Both the position numbers and the translations under genes were made by a program. The notes below the pieces were generated by a model. That model searched no databases. It was not told where the DNA came from and saw only the letters and a list, made by a program, of their open reading frames with translations. From Candidatus Buchananbacteria bacterium (lineage in GTDB: Bacteria; Patescibacteriota; Patescibacteriia; 2-01-FULL-39-33), in the NCBI GenBank assembly GCA_041666945.1, contig JBAYFY010000002.1, positions 64,701 to 128,700 on the forward strand: 64,000 bases of DNA, written 5' to 3'. Below, piece after piece: positions 1 to 10,136 of the stretch. Every line of letters begins with the position of its first letter. Position 1 is the first letter of the stretch.

Positions 1-1
1 T

Positions 2-1810
2 AAATATCAGCCGGCGGGCGATCAGCCGCAGGCGATAAAAAAAATCACAGCCGGCCTGAAGAAGGGCCAGGATTTTCAGACGCTTCTGGGCATTACCGGT
101 TCGGGCAAAACCTTTACCATGGCTAATGTTATCGCCCGGCAAGACAAGCCGGTACTGGTGATGGCCCCGAACAAGGCCTTGGCGGCCCAGCTTTATCGCG
201 AGTACAAAAATTATTTCCCGCATAATTCGGTGAATTTTTTTGTTTCTTATTACGATTATTACCAGCCGGAGGCCTATTTGCCGAATACCGACACTTATAT
301 TGAGAAGGAGGCGATGATCAACCAAGAGATAGACCGTTTGCGCCATCAGGCCACTTCGGCTTTATTGTCGCGACGGGATGTGATTATCGTGGCCTCGGTT
401 TCCTGCATTTATAATTTGGGCGTACCTGTCAGTTATCTGGAATCAGCTTTGCATTTGGCCGTCGGCCAACATTTGGTGCGCGCCGATTTTATCCGTCAGT
501 TGGTACGCATGCATTTTGAGCGCGGCCAGGGAGAATTGAAACGCGGATTATTCCGCGTCCGAGGCGACGTGTTTGAAATCATGGCCGCTTCGGAGAACGT
601 CATTTATCGCATAGAATTGGAGGATCAGCAAATCAAAGAAATCCATTTGGTTAATCCTTTGACGCGAAAAATAACCGAAGAACTTAAGGATATTGTAGTT
701 TTTCCGCCCAAACATTTCGTGTCTACCGAGCCCCAGATAGACGCGGCCATTAAGGATATCAAGTTGGAACTCAAGGATCGTTTGAAATATTTTAATAAAA
801 AGAATTTATATCTGGAGGCGGAGCGTCTGGAACGCCGTACGCGTTACGACATGGAGATGCTCAAGTCAGTCGGGTATTGCCACGGCATTGAAAATTATTC
901 CCGCCATCTGGCCGGCAAGTTGCCGGGCGAGGCGCCGGATACTTTGCTGGCTTATTTTCCGCTCAAAGACGGCCGGCCGGATTATTTATTGATTATGGAT
1001 GAATCGCACATTGGCTTGCCTCAAACGAGGGGGATGTATGAGGGCGATCGGGCGCGCAAAAATACTTTGGTGGAATTCGGCTGGCGCTTGCCCTCGGCTC
1101 TGGATAATCGGCCGCTTAAATTTGATGAATTTTTGAAGCGCATCGGCCAGACCGTTTTTACTTCGGCCACCCCTGGCGACTGGGAAATCAAGCATTCCAA
1201 ACAGTTGATTGAACAGGTCATCCGTCCGACCGGTTTGGTGGACCCGCCGATTGAAATCCGCCCGGTGTTTGACCGGAATAAAAATTACAGCCAGATTGAC
1301 GACGTGATCGCCGAATCAGTCAAAATAACGGCCAAGGGGGAGAGAAGCATCATTAATACTTTAACCAAAAAACAAGCTGAAGACCTGAACACTTTTCTTG
1401 TTCAGCGGGGGATCAGATCCAATTATCTGCATAGCGATATTAAGACCGTGGCGCGGACGGAGATTTTAACCGCCTTTCGCCGCGGCGAATTTGATGTCTT
1501 AATCGGCGTTAACTTGTTGCGCGAGGGGTTGGATTTGCCGGAAGTGTCTTTTGTAGCCGTTTTAGATGCCGACCGCGAGGGCTTTCTAAGATCCGAAACC
1601 TCTTTGATTCAGACCATGGGACGCGCCGCCCGAAACGTATCAGGCAAAGTCATTCTTTACGCCGATAACATCACCGGCTCAATCAAGCGCGCCGTAAGCG
1701 AAGTGGAACGCCGGCGCATTAAACAACTGGCGTATAATAAAAAGCACGGCATCATTGCTGAAACCGTGCGAAAGGACATTGAAGAATTTTTGGATTTAGT
1801 AGAGGGCTAA
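2..1810 (+). CDS. uvrB: Excinuclease ABC subunit B (5' end outside window)
   Basis: Frame is open from base 2 (KYQPAGDQPQ...LLGITGSGKT). Contains YYDYYQPEAY, DESH, GINLLREGLD-like and QTMGRAARN motifs. Confidence 0.97.
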   Translation, partial: KYQPAGDQPQAIKKITAGLKKGQDFQTLLGITGSGKTFTMANVIARQDKPVLVMAPNKALAAQLYREYKNYFPHNSVNFFVSYYDYYQPEAYLPNTDTYIEKEAMINQEIDRLRHQATSALLSRRDVIIVASVSCIYNLGVPVSYLESALHLAVGQHLVRADFIRQLVRMHFERGQGELKRGLFRVRGDVFEIMAASENVIYRIELEDQQIKEIHLVNPLTRKITEELKDIVVFPPKHFVSTEPQIDAAIKDIKLELKDRLKYFNKKNLYLEAERLERRTRYDMEMLKSVGYCHGIENYSRHLAGKLPGEAPDTLLAYFPLKDGRPDYLLIMDESHIGLPQTRGMYEGDRARKNTLVEFGWRLPSALDNRPLKFDEFLKRIGQTVFTSATPGDWEIKHSKQLIEQVIRPTGLVDPPIEIRPVFDRNKNYSQIDDVIAESVKITAKGERSIINTLTKKQAEDLNTFLVQRGIRSNYLHSDIKTVARTEILTAFRRGEFDVLIGVNLLREGLDLPEVSFVAVLDADREGFLRSETSLIQTMGRAARNVSGKVILYADNITGSIKRAVSEVERRRIKQLAYNKKHGIIAETVRKDIEEFLDLVEG

Positions 1811-2025
1811 GTTGCCTTTTCAGTATTATTGGCAGCGATTTTTGCGCCTTTGTAAGATTGATAGTGACGCCAGTCCCCATTATTAACTCTCAAATGAAAA
1901 GGGAAGTCACCAGTCCTTAGATCCCAAAAAATACTGTAGGAATTCTTACGGCCATTGGCCGTATAGCATTTACAACCGCATTCACAGTACTCAAAAACCA
2001 GTCGTTTTCTTTTTGACTTAGCCAT
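1807..2025 (-). CDS. Small hypothetical protein (CxCxC motif)
   Basis: 72-aa ORF with AAAAGGAG SD upstream; converges on uvrB. Confidence 0.6.
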   Translation of the reverse strand: MAKSKRKRLVFEYCECGCKCYTANGRKNSYSIFWDLRTGDFPFHLRVNNGDWRHYQSYKGAKIAANNTEKAT

Positions 2026-2077
2026 GGTTGTGCTCCTTTTGTTAAAATGGGATACCGAAATGATTTCAGCTGATGGC

Positions 2078-2305
2078 TTATATTGTGACTATCGACAGAT
2101 GATAGATGACTACACGGTCAGTGCCGCCGCGGGACTTGCCCATGCAGGCGGATATCAGTCCTTGATGCTCTTTTTCGTAGGATTCGTTTATCCTTGTCTG
2201 AATATCGTTTGGTTCGCATCCAGAGATGAAAATAGTTTTTTGAACTACTGCCATTTTATTGCCGTTTTTCCAGCTTTCAGCCACCCAAGTCAATAAGAAG
2301 TTCAT
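2078..2305 (-). CDS. Small hypothetical protein
   Basis: 75-aa ORF with GGAAGGAG SD; promoter upstream at 2419-2447. Confidence 0.5.
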   Translation of the reverse strand: MNFLLTWVAESWKNGNKMAVVQKTIFISGCEPNDIQTRINESYEKEHQGLISACMGKSRGGTDRVVIYHLSIVTI

Positions 2306-2418
2306 TGTCGCTCCTTCCTTTTGTTAGAAATCCAAATCCATATTTTCCGTTGTTTGCATGACTGCCGTCTCCGTTGTTTAGGCCAAGATTAGTTATTAAG
2401 GTACTTCGTCATCAACAC

Positions 2419-2447
2419 ATTCTACTATAAGAAAACCATAATGTCAA
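2419..2447 (-). promoter_or_regulatory. Sigma70-type promoter TTGACA-17-TAGAAT
   Basis: Consensus hexamers with 17-bp spacing on the minus strand; boxA-like GTACCTTAATAA follows at 2393-2404. Confidence 0.6.
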
Positions 2448-3427
2448 ATAAGAACAAAAATAATTTCTGGCAGAAACTGGCGCAAAAACGCCGGCCGATT
2501 TTAGTTTTGGCGCCTATGGCCGGCGTAACCGACTCGGCTTTTCGGCAGATTTGCCGTCAGCAGGGAGCGGACGCGGTTTATACGGAAATGGTTTCGGCCG
2601 ACGGTTTGTATTATGATTCCAAGAAAACCCTGGCTCTGCTTAAATTTTCCAAGCGGGAAAAGCCGGTCGTTGCGCAATTATTCGGCAAACACCCCGAAAG
2701 GTTCACTAAGGCCGCCCAAGCGGCCCAGGCCGCCGGATTTGACGGCATTGATATTAATTTCGGTTGTCCGGCCAAAAAGGTTGCCGGCCATGGCGGGGGA
2801 GTAACGCTGATGCGCGACTTGGCCAAATGCCGGCGGATTATTGAAAACGTATTAGCCGGCACGACTTTGCCCGTATCGGTAAAACTAAGATCATCAATTA
2901 GGCAAGACGGCGGGGAAGTGACAGCGGAAGATTTTTTGCGCGCCATGAAAGATTTGCCTTTGGCCGCCGTTATGATTCATGGCCGGCCGTATGAGAATCC
3001 TTTTGCCTCTGATATTGATTATGGAATGATAAAAAAATGCGTCCAATTTTTTAAAAAACAAAATCCGTCCGGTATCGTGCTGGCTAACGGCGGGATTAAT
3101 CGGCCCGAAGACGCCAAGCGGATGCTGGAACTGACCGGCGCCGACGGCGTGGGCTTAGCGCGCGGTTTGTACGGCCGGCCCTGGCTGTTTAAGCAGATTG
3201 GACAGTATTTAAAAACAGGCAAATATTCGGAATTGAATCTTAAGCAGATTGACAAAATAATTCATCAACACGCCCGTTTGGCCTTTAAAGCCAAGGAACG
3301 GCAAGGAGTAATAGAGTTAAGGAAACATTTGGCCTGGTACGTATCCGGGCGGAATCAGGCCAAAGAATTACGAGCCCGATTAGTCAGAGTAGAGGATTTG
3401 AAGCAATTGAAACAAATATTAAAGTAA
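2441..3427 (+). CDS. dusB: tRNA-dihydrouridine synthase (DusB family)
   Basis: LAPMAGVTD, INFGCP, IHGR, ANGGI and RKHLAWY motifs. Confidence 0.92.
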   Translation: MSNKNKNNFWQKLAQKRRPILVLAPMAGVTDSAFRQICRQQGADAVYTEMVSADGLYYDSKKTLALLKFSKREKPVVAQLFGKHPERFTKAAQAAQAAGFDGIDINFGCPAKKVAGHGGGVTLMRDLAKCRRIIENVLAGTTLPVSVKLRSSIRQDGGEVTAEDFLRAMKDLPLAAVMIHGRPYENPFASDIDYGMIKKCVQFFKKQNPSGIVLANGGINRPEDAKRMLELTGADGVGLARGLYGRPWLFKQIGQYLKTGKYSELNLKQIDKIIHQHARLAFKAKERQGVIELRKHLAWYVSGRNQAKELRARLVRVEDLKQLKQILK

Positions 3428-3534
3428 GTCATCGAAGGGTTTGATTCATGTTTTAAACAAAAATTAAATCAAAACAAAAGACGCTTCATCCGGAGCGTCT
3501 TAATTTTACGATATTTTACAATTTTTTACGATTT

Positions 3535-3753
3535 TTATTTTTTTGGCCGAATCGTTTTTGGCCGATTTGCTCGTTTTTTCTTTTTTTTCGGCGTTGCCTC
3601 TTCCTTAATAGTAATGCCCCAATCTTTGGCGAAACTACGAAAAGACGATTCGGGTAAGCCGGTTTTTGTTCCCTTAATGACCAGACACTGTTCTCGCCGC
3701 AGATTATTCCATTCCGGAGTAACCCGTTCCATTTCGTAACGGCCTGCCGACAA
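3535..3753 (-). CDS. Small basic hypothetical protein, possibly frameshifted relic starting near 3889
   Basis: ORF track entry. Upstream are a TTGACA-17-TACAAT promoter (3954-3982), a boxA-like motif and an SD before an ATG at 3889 in another frame. Confidence 0.35.
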   Translation of the reverse strand: MSAGRYEMERVTPEWNNLRREQCLVIKGTKTGLPESSFRSFAKDWGITIKEEATPKKKKKRANRPKTIRPKK

Positions 3754-3978
3754 ATTTATTCTGGAATCCCAGGAACTCGCTCGGCCGCCGCGCCTGTGAA
3801 AACAACTCTCAAAATGCCTCCCGGGAGTAACTCACGACAGTAATCGGTTTTGAACAGATCAAAAAAATTCTCTTTCTCTTTCTCGGCATGACTGCATCTC
3901 CCTGGTTTTAGTTTAATCGTTGGTTGTTGATAAGGTGCTTTTGTTGACTGTTTATTGTAGCAAATTATTATTATTTTG

Positions 3979-4920
3979 TCAAATCCAGCGTTTTTTCTTG
4001 AAATAAAAGAAAAGACAAACGGCCCCGATTGCCATGATAAAAATTATTATCCAGAAACCGTTGGGGCTGTCTATAAACGGCATGCCGCCGACCGCATTCA
4101 TGCCAAAGATCGCCGCCAGCAAAGTTAAAGGGAAAACAATGACGGAAAATACGGTCAGAGTCCGCATAATATCGTTCAATTTGAAAGAAATCAGCGAAGT
4201 GTTGGTGTCTTCCAGGGCCTCAATCATTTCTTTTTGCTCATTAAGAATGTCCCAGATATTTTTGGTGTGTTCAATCAAATCGCCATAAAACGTTTTCATT
4301 TCGTTGGAGTCAAGATACCAAACGCCGGAACGGCCTAATTTTTGGATAACGCCCTTGTGCGCCTCCATGATTTTGCGGAAATTCAGGATGTTTCTTTTGG
4401 TCAGTAGGATTTCCCGCACCATTTCCCGTTCTCGGCCTTCAAAGATGTTTTTTTCAATGCCCTGGATGTCTATGCTCATGTGATCCATGATCGGGTAGCA
4501 ATATTCTTGCAGGCGGACGATGATTTCATACAAGAGCATCATATTATTGCCTGATAAATATTGTTCACGATAAAATTTGTCGCTGAAACAGAGATTGGAC
4601 AGTTCCACCAGGGGAGGCAAGTTATTTTTGTGGCAAGTGATGACAAAATGGTCGCCAATGAAAAAATCCACCTCTTCGGCGTCAACTGTGCGGGTTTTTC
4701 TGTTATAAACAGGAAATTGAAGGATGAGGAAGCAATAATTATTGCGGACGTAAAATTTCGGCCGCTGCGCGAGATTTTTGGAATGGGAATCACGCAAGTC
4801 CAATTCGTTGAACTTGTATTTTTTGCGCAAGTATTCTATCTCCTCCTTTTGGGCATTGATGATGTTGGTCCAATTGAATGCCCCCGTGTTTGATTTTAAA
4901 GTATTGATGTTTGATGTCAT
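3979..4920 (-). CDS. corA: CorA-family Mg2+/Co2+ transporter
   Basis: C-terminal two TM helices with GMN signature (IFGMN) and a KKKRWI end. Confidence 0.92.
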   Translation of the reverse strand: MTSNINTLKSNTGAFNWTNIINAQKEEIEYLRKKYKFNELDLRDSHSKNLAQRPKFYVRNNYCFLILQFPVYNRKTRTVDAEEVDFFIGDHFVITCHKNNLPPLVELSNLCFSDKFYREQYLSGNNMMLLYEIIVRLQEYCYPIMDHMSIDIQGIEKNIFEGREREMVREILLTKRNILNFRKIMEAHKGVIQKLGRSGVWYLDSNEMKTFYGDLIEHTKNIWDILNEQKEMIEALEDTNTSLISFKLNDIMRTLTVFSVIVFPLTLLAAIFGMNAVGGMPFIDSPNGFWIIIFIMAIGAVCLFFYFKKKRWI

Positions 4921-5020
4921 ATGCTTAGGTTCAATTTAATTATAGCATGAATTTATAAATTAGTGTATAATAATGGTATAATATGGACGCGGAAAACAGT
5001 TAATTATTATCCTCCGAGTT

Positions 5021-5542
5021 ATGCCTTTAGACCAAAATGAATTGCCGGTTCTCGGCCCAGAAAAAAAAGATGCCGCTCCGGGCGCTGCGGCGGAGAGCGG
5101 ATTGGAATTCAAGCCGACACCGGAAATAACGCCGTTGGAAACCGGCGGGGAAAAAGAACGAAGCGGGTTAAAAGAAAGAAGTGAAACCAAAGCCGGAGGA
5201 GAAATACCCTCGGCGCCCGTTATGACTTCCGCTAACGCCCGGGCCTTGGAGACCTACAAGCAAATTGAGAACATCCTGGAAGAGGATCTGGGCGAGGTTT
5301 ATAATAATCTGTCGGCTCAGGATCAGCAGGTGTTTAAAGTCAAAGGTGAAGAGGCGGCGCGTTCTATTTTCAAAATCGTTTATCATCAAACCAAGGTTAA
5401 AGTCAAAAAAATCATTCATTTGATTAAGCGCTGGTTGAAAATGATCCCCGGCATTAATCGTTATTTTTTAGAACAGGAGGCAAAAATCAAAGCCGATAAG
5501 ATCATAGCTTTGGCGAAGAATGACAAAAAGATAGAGTTTTAG
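5021..5542 (+). CDS. Hypothetical protein
   Basis: 173-aa ORF directly upstream of the VirD4-like ATPase; helical C-terminal half (WLKMIPGINRYFLEQEAKIK). Confidence 0.7.
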   Translation: MPLDQNELPVLGPEKKDAAPGAAAESGLEFKPTPEITPLETGGEKERSGLKERSETKAGGEIPSAPVMTSANARALETYKQIENILEEDLGEVYNNLSAQDQQVFKVKGEEAARSIFKIVYHQTKVKVKKIIHLIKRWLKMIPGINRYFLEQEAKIKADKIIALAKNDKKIEF

Positions 5543-5548
5543 GATTTT

Positions 5549-5662
5549 AAGTAACATGTAACAAGTAACATGTAACAAGTAATTAAATTAATAACAGTTT
5601 ACTTATTACGTATTACTTATTGCTTATTACTTATTACTTATTGCTTATTACTTATTACGTAT
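5549..5662. repeat. Heptamer tandem repeats (GTAACAA/GTAACAT, then inverted TTATTAC)
   Basis: 7-bp periodic tracts in opposite orientations; same motif at 8250-8325, 31227-31331, 33408-33560 and 59244-59280. Confidence 0.8.
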
Positions 5663-5664
5663 TT

Positions 5665-8244
5665 ATGCCTTTGGAAGAAATGCAAAATCCCTATCAATTT
5701 GATTGGCTCGCTTTATTTTCCGGTATACCCGAGGCGGCGGTTTATGCCGTTAGCGGCGTAGTTATTTTTTTGTTGCTTTGTTTTATCGCATTGCTGGTTG
5801 CGCGCGCCGTTTTCCGGTCGCAGAAACGCTACCCCAAGGTATTCCAGCAGCATATTTTTTTGGTGACTGTGCCGCAACGAACCAAAGAAGAGGGGATGGA
5901 AAAAAAACAATTATCGGAAACGATCTCGGAAATTGAAGGATTGTACTCAAATTTGGGCGGTTTGCGTTCGCCTCGGGGTTTTAAAACCTGGCTGTTTGGC
6001 CGGTTTGATCATTGGTCGTTTGAGATTGTCTTGGGTTTGGACGGCCTGATTTCTTTTTATATCGCCGTGCCCGAATATTTGGTGGAATACGTTAAACAGC
6101 AGATTTTTTCCAAGTATCCTTACGCGCAGATTGAAGAGACCGGCGACTATAATATTTTCAACCAGCAAGGGTTTGTCGCCATTGGTTATTTCAAGCTGCT
6201 TAAGCAGAACATGTTTCCGCTTTTGACCTACAAGCAGATGAATAATGTGGATCCGCTTGTGTCCATTATCAGCGTGTTGTCAAAATTTGGCGATAAGCAG
6301 ACCGCGGCCATTCAATTGGTAATGCGTTCAGCCGCGCCCGGTTGGCGCAAGAAGGGCGTCAAAGTGGCGTCGGAAATGCAACAGGGCAAGGATATCAAAA
6401 AAGCCATGGCCGCCGCTAATCCCGGATTTTTTTCCGGCCTGGAAAGAGTTTTCGGCACGCCAGCGGATTGGTTTTTTTCTTCCAAGCCCAAAGATCCGGC
6501 CAAGCCCGAACAGCAATATCGTTTGTCGCCCATGGAAGAGCAGGCCGTCAAAGCGATTGAAGAAAAAGCTTCCAAGGCCGGCCTGGACGTTAACGTCCGC
6601 GTAGTGGCTTTTGCGCCGCTGGAATCCCAAGCCAACGAAAATCTTCGGCGCTTGATTGATTCTTTCGCCCAATATTCCAGCTACCAGTACGCTAACGGCT
6701 TTAAGGGCGTGGTCAAAGGCGAGGGCCGGCAATTGATCCATGATTTTATTTACCGCAATTTTGATGAGAAGGCGGGCATGGTGCTTAACACCGAAGAAAT
6801 GACTTCATTATGGCATCTGCCTTTGCCTAACACCGAAGTGCCGCGCATTAATTGGCTGACAGCTCGGCGTTTGCCCCCGCCTTTGAATATCCCGACCGAA
6901 GGCGTGATGATCGGTGAAAATGTTTATCGCGGGCAGAAAACGATAGTCAGGATGAAAGACGTTGATCGCCGCCGCCACATGTATATTATCGGTATGACCG
7001 GCACCGGTAAATCCACGACCATGGCCACGATGGCGGCGCAGGATATCCGCGACGGCAGGGGCGTTTGCGTGGTGGATCCGCACGGCGAGTTGGTGGAAAA
7101 CATCTTAAAGCATATCCCCAAGGAACGCGCGGAGGATGTTATTTTGTTTGACCCGTCCGACCTGGAGCGGCCGATCGGCTTGAATATGCTGGAAGCCACC
7201 AGTCCCTACGAGATGGATATGGCGGCGCAGGAAATGATTAATATTTTTTACAAACTTCTGCCCGATCCGGCCATGGCCGGACCGATGTTTGAGCATTATA
7301 TGAGAAACGCGCTATTGGCGCTCATGGCCGACCGCGAAGATCCGGGGACGCTGGTGGAACTGGCGCGCATTTTTACCGATGACGCTTTCCGCAAGAAAAA
7401 ATTGGAGCACGTGACCGATATCTTGGTTAAGGATTTTTGGGAAAGGGAATACGCCATGTCACAGAAGGGCTCGACCGGCGCCGATATGCTGTCTTATGTC
7501 ATTTCTAAAACCGGCCGGTTTGTGGAAAACGAATTGATGCGCAATATCATCGGTCAGTCGCATTCGGGCATTAATTTCCGCGAGGCCATGGATTCGGGCA
7601 AAATCCTGTTATTGAATTTATGCAAAGGCAAAATCGGCGAAACCAACAGCAGCTTGTTGGGTTTAATTGCCGTGGCTAAATTGCAAATGGCGGCTTTGTC
7701 CCGCGCCGATATGCCCGAAGAACAGCGCCAAGATTTTTTCCTGTATATTGACGAATTCCAGAATTTCATCACCGATTCTATCTCTATTATTCTGTCTGAA
7801 GCGCGCAAATACAAATTAAATCTGTGCTTGGGGCATCAGTTTATCGCGCAATTAGTGCAGAATAACGATACGCGGGTGCGCGACGCGGTTTTTGGCAACG
7901 TGGGCAACTTGCTGGTTTATCGCATCGGTGTGGATGATTCGGAAATTATCGCCAAGCAGTTGTCGCCGGTGGTGAATGAATACGACGTGATGAATATTGA
8001 AAAATACAACGCTTATTTCCGCATCATGATTGACAATACGGCCATGCCGGCATTCAATCTGAAATGTTATCAACCGTCTCAAGTGGTTCCGGCCAGCCCC
8101 GAAATCGTGGCGCCGCTGAAGGAATTATCCCGGCTCAAACACGGCCGCGACCGCCAACTGGTGGTGCGCGATATTGCCGAACGCAGCCGCATCGGCCAGC
8201 TGGGCGGGGTCAAGAAAGAGACCTTGGGTGAATTCGGGTTCTAA
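5665..8244 (+). CDS. VirD4/TraD/TrwB-like (type IV coupling / DUF87-HerA-like) membrane ATPase
   Basis: N-terminal TM, RRRHMYIIGMTGTGKS Walker A, VVDPHG, LYIDEFQNF Walker B and LSEARKY. Start placed at ATG 5665. Confidence 0.85.
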   Translation: MPLEEMQNPYQFDWLALFSGIPEAAVYAVSGVVIFLLLCFIALLVARAVFRSQKRYPKVFQQHIFLVTVPQRTKEEGMEKKQLSETISEIEGLYSNLGGLRSPRGFKTWLFGRFDHWSFEIVLGLDGLISFYIAVPEYLVEYVKQQIFSKYPYAQIEETGDYNIFNQQGFVAIGYFKLLKQNMFPLLTYKQMNNVDPLVSIISVLSKFGDKQTAAIQLVMRSAAPGWRKKGVKVASEMQQGKDIKKAMAAANPGFFSGLERVFGTPADWFFSSKPKDPAKPEQQYRLSPMEEQAVKAIEEKASKAGLDVNVRVVAFAPLESQANENLRRLIDSFAQYSSYQYANGFKGVVKGEGRQLIHDFIYRNFDEKAGMVLNTEEMTSLWHLPLPNTEVPRINWLTARRLPPPLNIPTEGVMIGENVYRGQKTIVRMKDVDRRRHMYIIGMTGTGKSTTMATMAAQDIRDGRGVCVVDPHGELVENILKHIPKERAEDVILFDPSDLERPIGLNMLEATSPYEMDMAAQEMINIFYKLLPDPAMAGPMFEHYMRNALLALMADREDPGTLVELARIFTDDAFRKKKLEHVTDILVKDFWEREYAMSQKGSTGADMLSYVISKTGRFVENELMRNIIGQSHSGINFREAMDSGKILLLNLCKGKIGETNSSLLGLIAVAKLQMAALSRADMPEEQRQDFFLYIDEFQNFITDSISIILSEARKYKLNLCLGHQFIAQLVQNNDTRVRDAVFGNVGNLLVYRIGVDDSEIIAKQLSPVVNEYDVMNIEKYNAYFRIMIDNTAMPAFNLKCYQPSQVVPASPEIVAPLKELSRLKHGRDRQLVVRDIAERSRIGQLGGVKKETLGEFGF

Positions 8245-8405
8245 AGCAAAAGTAATACGTAATAAGTAATAAGTAAAATAGCAATAAAATAATAATTGCA
8301 TAAATTACCTGTTACATATTACGTAATTAACGTGATTTAATAAATTGACTTCGCAGTCATTTTTTTGTTATATTAAACCCATAATTAATTAGCCATTACC
8401 ACATC

Positions 8406-10136
8406 ATGGGCAGCGCTTTATACCGCAAATACCGGCCGCAGACCTTTGCGCAAATGATCGGCCAAAACCATATCAAAATCACCCTGCAGCATCAGCTGGA
8501 AAGGGGAGAATCGGCGCACGCTTACTTGTTTTGCGGTCCGCGCGGTTTGGGCAAAACCACCAGCGCCAGGTTGTTCGCCAAATCCATTAATTGCGAGAAG
8601 CGCGTAAACGGCGAAAGCGAACCCTGCAATGCTTGCCCGTCTTGCTTGGATATCATGGCCGGCCGCAGCGTGGATATCATTGAGATTGACGCCGCCAGCA
8701 ATACGGGTGTGGATAATGTCCGCGAAAATATTATTGAGAACTCACGCTTCACGCCGGTTAAGAGCAAGTATAAGGTGTTTATTATTGATGAGGCGCACAT
8801 GTTATCTAACGCCTCGTTTAACGCCTTGCTTAAGATTATGGAGGAGCCGCCGGCGCACGTGCTGTTTATTCTATGTACGACGGAAATCCACAAACTGCCG
8901 CTGACCATTATTTCCCGCTGCCAGCGTTTTGATTTCAAGAAAGTTACAGCCGAACAATTATTGAAACGTCTGCAGCTGATTGTTGAGGGCGAGAACAAAA
9001 AGGTTGAAGAAGAAGTGCTCAAGCGCATCGTAGTGGTTTCTGAAGGATGCGTGCGCGATGCGGAAAGTTTGCTGGCCAAGATTCTGTCCTTGGGCGATGA
9101 TATCACCCTGGAACAAGCCGAGATCGTTTTGCCGCGCAGCGATTTTCAGATCATTCTTGATTTTGTGGAATACCTGGCGGAAAAAAACGCCGCCGCCGCC
9201 GTGGAGCATCTCAATCGCTTAATGGAAGAAGGCGTGGATTTGTCGGTATTTACGGAAAACCTGTTGGAATTTTTACGGCAGATGATGCTGGTTAAAGTCA
9301 ACGGCCGCTTGGCGGTTTTCGGTTTGGAATTCAATGACGATTTGGCGGAAAATATCAAGGATTTAGCTGATAAATTCAGTTTTGCCGAAATCGTGGAGAT
9401 GGTGGAGATTTTTTCCGATAAAGCCAAAGAAATCAAACAAGCGCCAATCATGCAATTTCCTTTGGAAATCGCCGTGATCAGATTAGTGGAGCGCGTCTCC
9501 TGCGCCAAGCCGGATAAAATAATTTTCGCCGCCGCATCAGCGCCGGCGGTTGCCGCCGCTCCTACTGTTCCTGCGGCCGGCAAACCGGCTGCCGTCGCCC
9601 CGAGCGTCGCCATAAAAAAAGATACGTCAACCGCTCATGATAAAACTGAAACGGCGACAGTACCGGCCAGCCGCCGGCCAGCTGCTAGTCAGCCGACCAT
9701 TGCCGCCGCTGCCAGTCAGCCGACTTTGGATCAAAATGTGTCTTTGGCCGATATCGCCGCCAACTGGGGCCAGCTTATCAATCGTCTAATCAAGACGAAT
9801 TTTTCCCTGGGATCGCTCTTGCGCATCAGTCAGCCGCTGTCTTGCGACAAAGGAGTGTTGCAGGTCGCTGTTACCAGTTTATTCTATAAGAACCGTCTGG
9901 AGACCCAAGATAACCAGAAAGTGGTAGAAGACACTTTATTGGAAGTGGCGGGGATTAATATCAGAGTCAAAGGAGTGGTGTCGCAAACCGTGGTGCCGCT
10001 GGAGGTAGCGATTGACTATGGCGAGGATTTGGCTGTGCCGTCCAATGATTTTTCACCGCCGCCGGTTCCGCCGGCTCCTGAAACCGTTCCGCCTATTCGG
10101 CTGGATCCGACAGAGGATGTGTTAGGTATGCTATAA
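8406..10136 (+). CDS. dnaX: DNA polymerase III subunit gamma/tau
   Basis: LYRKYRP, GPRGLGKT, Zn-binding Cys cluster, EIDAASN, IIDEAHML and SRCQ. Confidence 0.96.
   Translation: MGSALYRKYRPQTFAQMIGQNHIKITLQHQLERGESAHAYLFCGPRGLGKTTSARLFAKSINCEKRVNGESEPCNACPSCLDIMAGRSVDIIEIDAASNTGVDNVRENIIENSRFTPVKSKYKVFIIDEAHMLSNASFNALLKIMEEPPAHVLFILCTTEIHKLPLTIISRCQRFDFKKVTAEQLLKRLQLIVEGENKKVEEEVLKRIVVVSEGCVRDAESLLAKILSLGDDITLEQAEIVLPRSDFQIILDFVEYLAEKNAAAAVEHLNRLMEEGVDLSVFTENLLEFLRQMMLVKVNGRLAVFGLEFNDDLAENIKDLADKFSFAEIVEMVEIFSDKAKEIKQAPIMQFPLEIAVIRLVERVSCAKPDKIIFAAASAPAVAAAPTVPAAGKPAAVAPSVAIKKDTSTAHDKTETATVPASRRPAASQPTIAAAASQPTLDQNVSLADIAANWGQLINRLIKTNFSLGSLLRISQPLSCDKGVLQVAVTSLFYKNRLETQDNQKVVEDTLLEVAGINIRVKGVVSQTVVPLEVAIDYGEDLAVPSNDFSPPPVPPAPETVPPIRLDPTEDVLGML

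Noticed and set aside
5620-5664. N-terminal extension MLITYYLLLITYY of the ATPase (similarly 33530-33568 of gpmI)
   Set aside because: These are translations of heptamer repeats; downstream ATGs were chosen.
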